Source: Nemertoderma westbladi
Lineage: Eukaryota; Animalia; Xenacoelomorpha
Direction of reading: 5' to 3'
DNA: 63,639 nt
Assembly (NCBI GenBank): GCA_032718475.1
Contig: JAUCBJ010003479.1
Location: 1 to 63,639 of the forward strand
Below the pieces are notes generated by a model. That model made no database searches, was not told the origin of the DNA, and saw only the letters and a list, made by a program, of their open reading frames with translations. Below, one piece after another: positions 62,781 through 63,639 of this stretch (position 1 is the first letter of the stretch; each line of letters starts with the position of its first letter). The position numbers were made by a program, and so were the translations under genes.

Positions 62781-63639
62781 GGTGTTGTTATGTTCTATAA
62801 CTACTGTAACAGGTTATAAGGCTTTAATCAACACTGTAGATTAAAGTATTTTTCGAATTCCCTTATACTTTTAGTTCGAAATTTTTCGATCTACTGTTGG
62901 TTTAATTTGTTTGGGCCTCAAACAATGAATTCTGAAGTTCTTAACTTCTGCGTTTTCACAATGAATGAATTACCATTACTTATATCTTTGAAGTGAAGCC
63001 TTTTCTGGTACGTACACTATCTACTACCCTGTGTGAAGAGTGAATTAGTAGCACCAGCCATTCAAAAATGTGTGTACAAACAATAGCGGAAGAATCACGG
63101 TTGAACGGATAAGTAGCGGGAATTTTATGTGTGATGAATTTATACTTCGAGATAAGAATTTAAACAGTTTTGGTCTTTTGACTAACGTTTTTTGTGGATT
63201 GTGTCATTAGTAGACAGATGCCGATTGAAAATGTAAAGTTGTTTGAATACCGAGAGTTGCCTTAGTGGAATTGGATACAGAGTGTTGGATTAGTCGCATT
63301 AGTTCGGAGTGTTTCGTTTATAGTCTACACAGTGTGATGTGTATTATAAATATTTAAATACAGTAGGCTTATAAAATGATATGTTTATTGGGAATTGTAG
63401 AGTGTTGCTTTACTGTAGGCCTATGCTATACAATAGGAACTGATTGAGGTGGAAAACAAAGTAGCAAAGTAATTGATTGCAAAGATACGTAATATTGTTT
63501 TGTATATAACATTTCACAGTAGTTACAGTAGGTTTTTATATTGAATTTAAATAATACAGGCCACTTTAATCTTAATTTCAATCTGTACACTGTTTTTAGA
63601 AGTACTAAAGTGCTAACAAACAGCAGTCCTGCAATGGTA

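Overview
AT-rich, repeat-dense eukaryotic DNA, probably from an invertebrate animal; the species cannot be determined from the sequence. Positions 1-33.2 kb hold two divergent BEL/Pao-type LTR retrotransposons. The main one (+ strand) is an ~18.9 kb unit (9746-28652) with ~1.27 kb LTRs, a 2.2 kb leader and a disrupted gag-PR-RT-RH-IN region. Downstream of pol it carries a ~1400-codon accessory ORF with a DEDDy 3'-5' exonuclease-like domain and a CCHC zinc-knuckle module. A second, internally deleted copy follows head-to-tail through a shared LTR, and one 5-bp TSD (TAACA) flanks the whole array (9746-33164). The other BEL element (- strand, 1-6.7 kb) has an accessory ORF with the same zinc module. 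Neither element shows a TGG-type tRNA primer-binding site. In both, the sequence at the PBS position is perfectly complementary (11 and 13 nt) to a segment of its own LTR, which suggests self-priming, possibly linked to the encoded exonuclease (hypothesis; the left LTR boundary is inferred). The rest of the window holds LINE and Gypsy fragments, several TIR elements, a Helitron, many minisatellites and one apparently intact 4-exon host gene for a GPI-anchored Ly6/uPAR-like protein (49628-58737).
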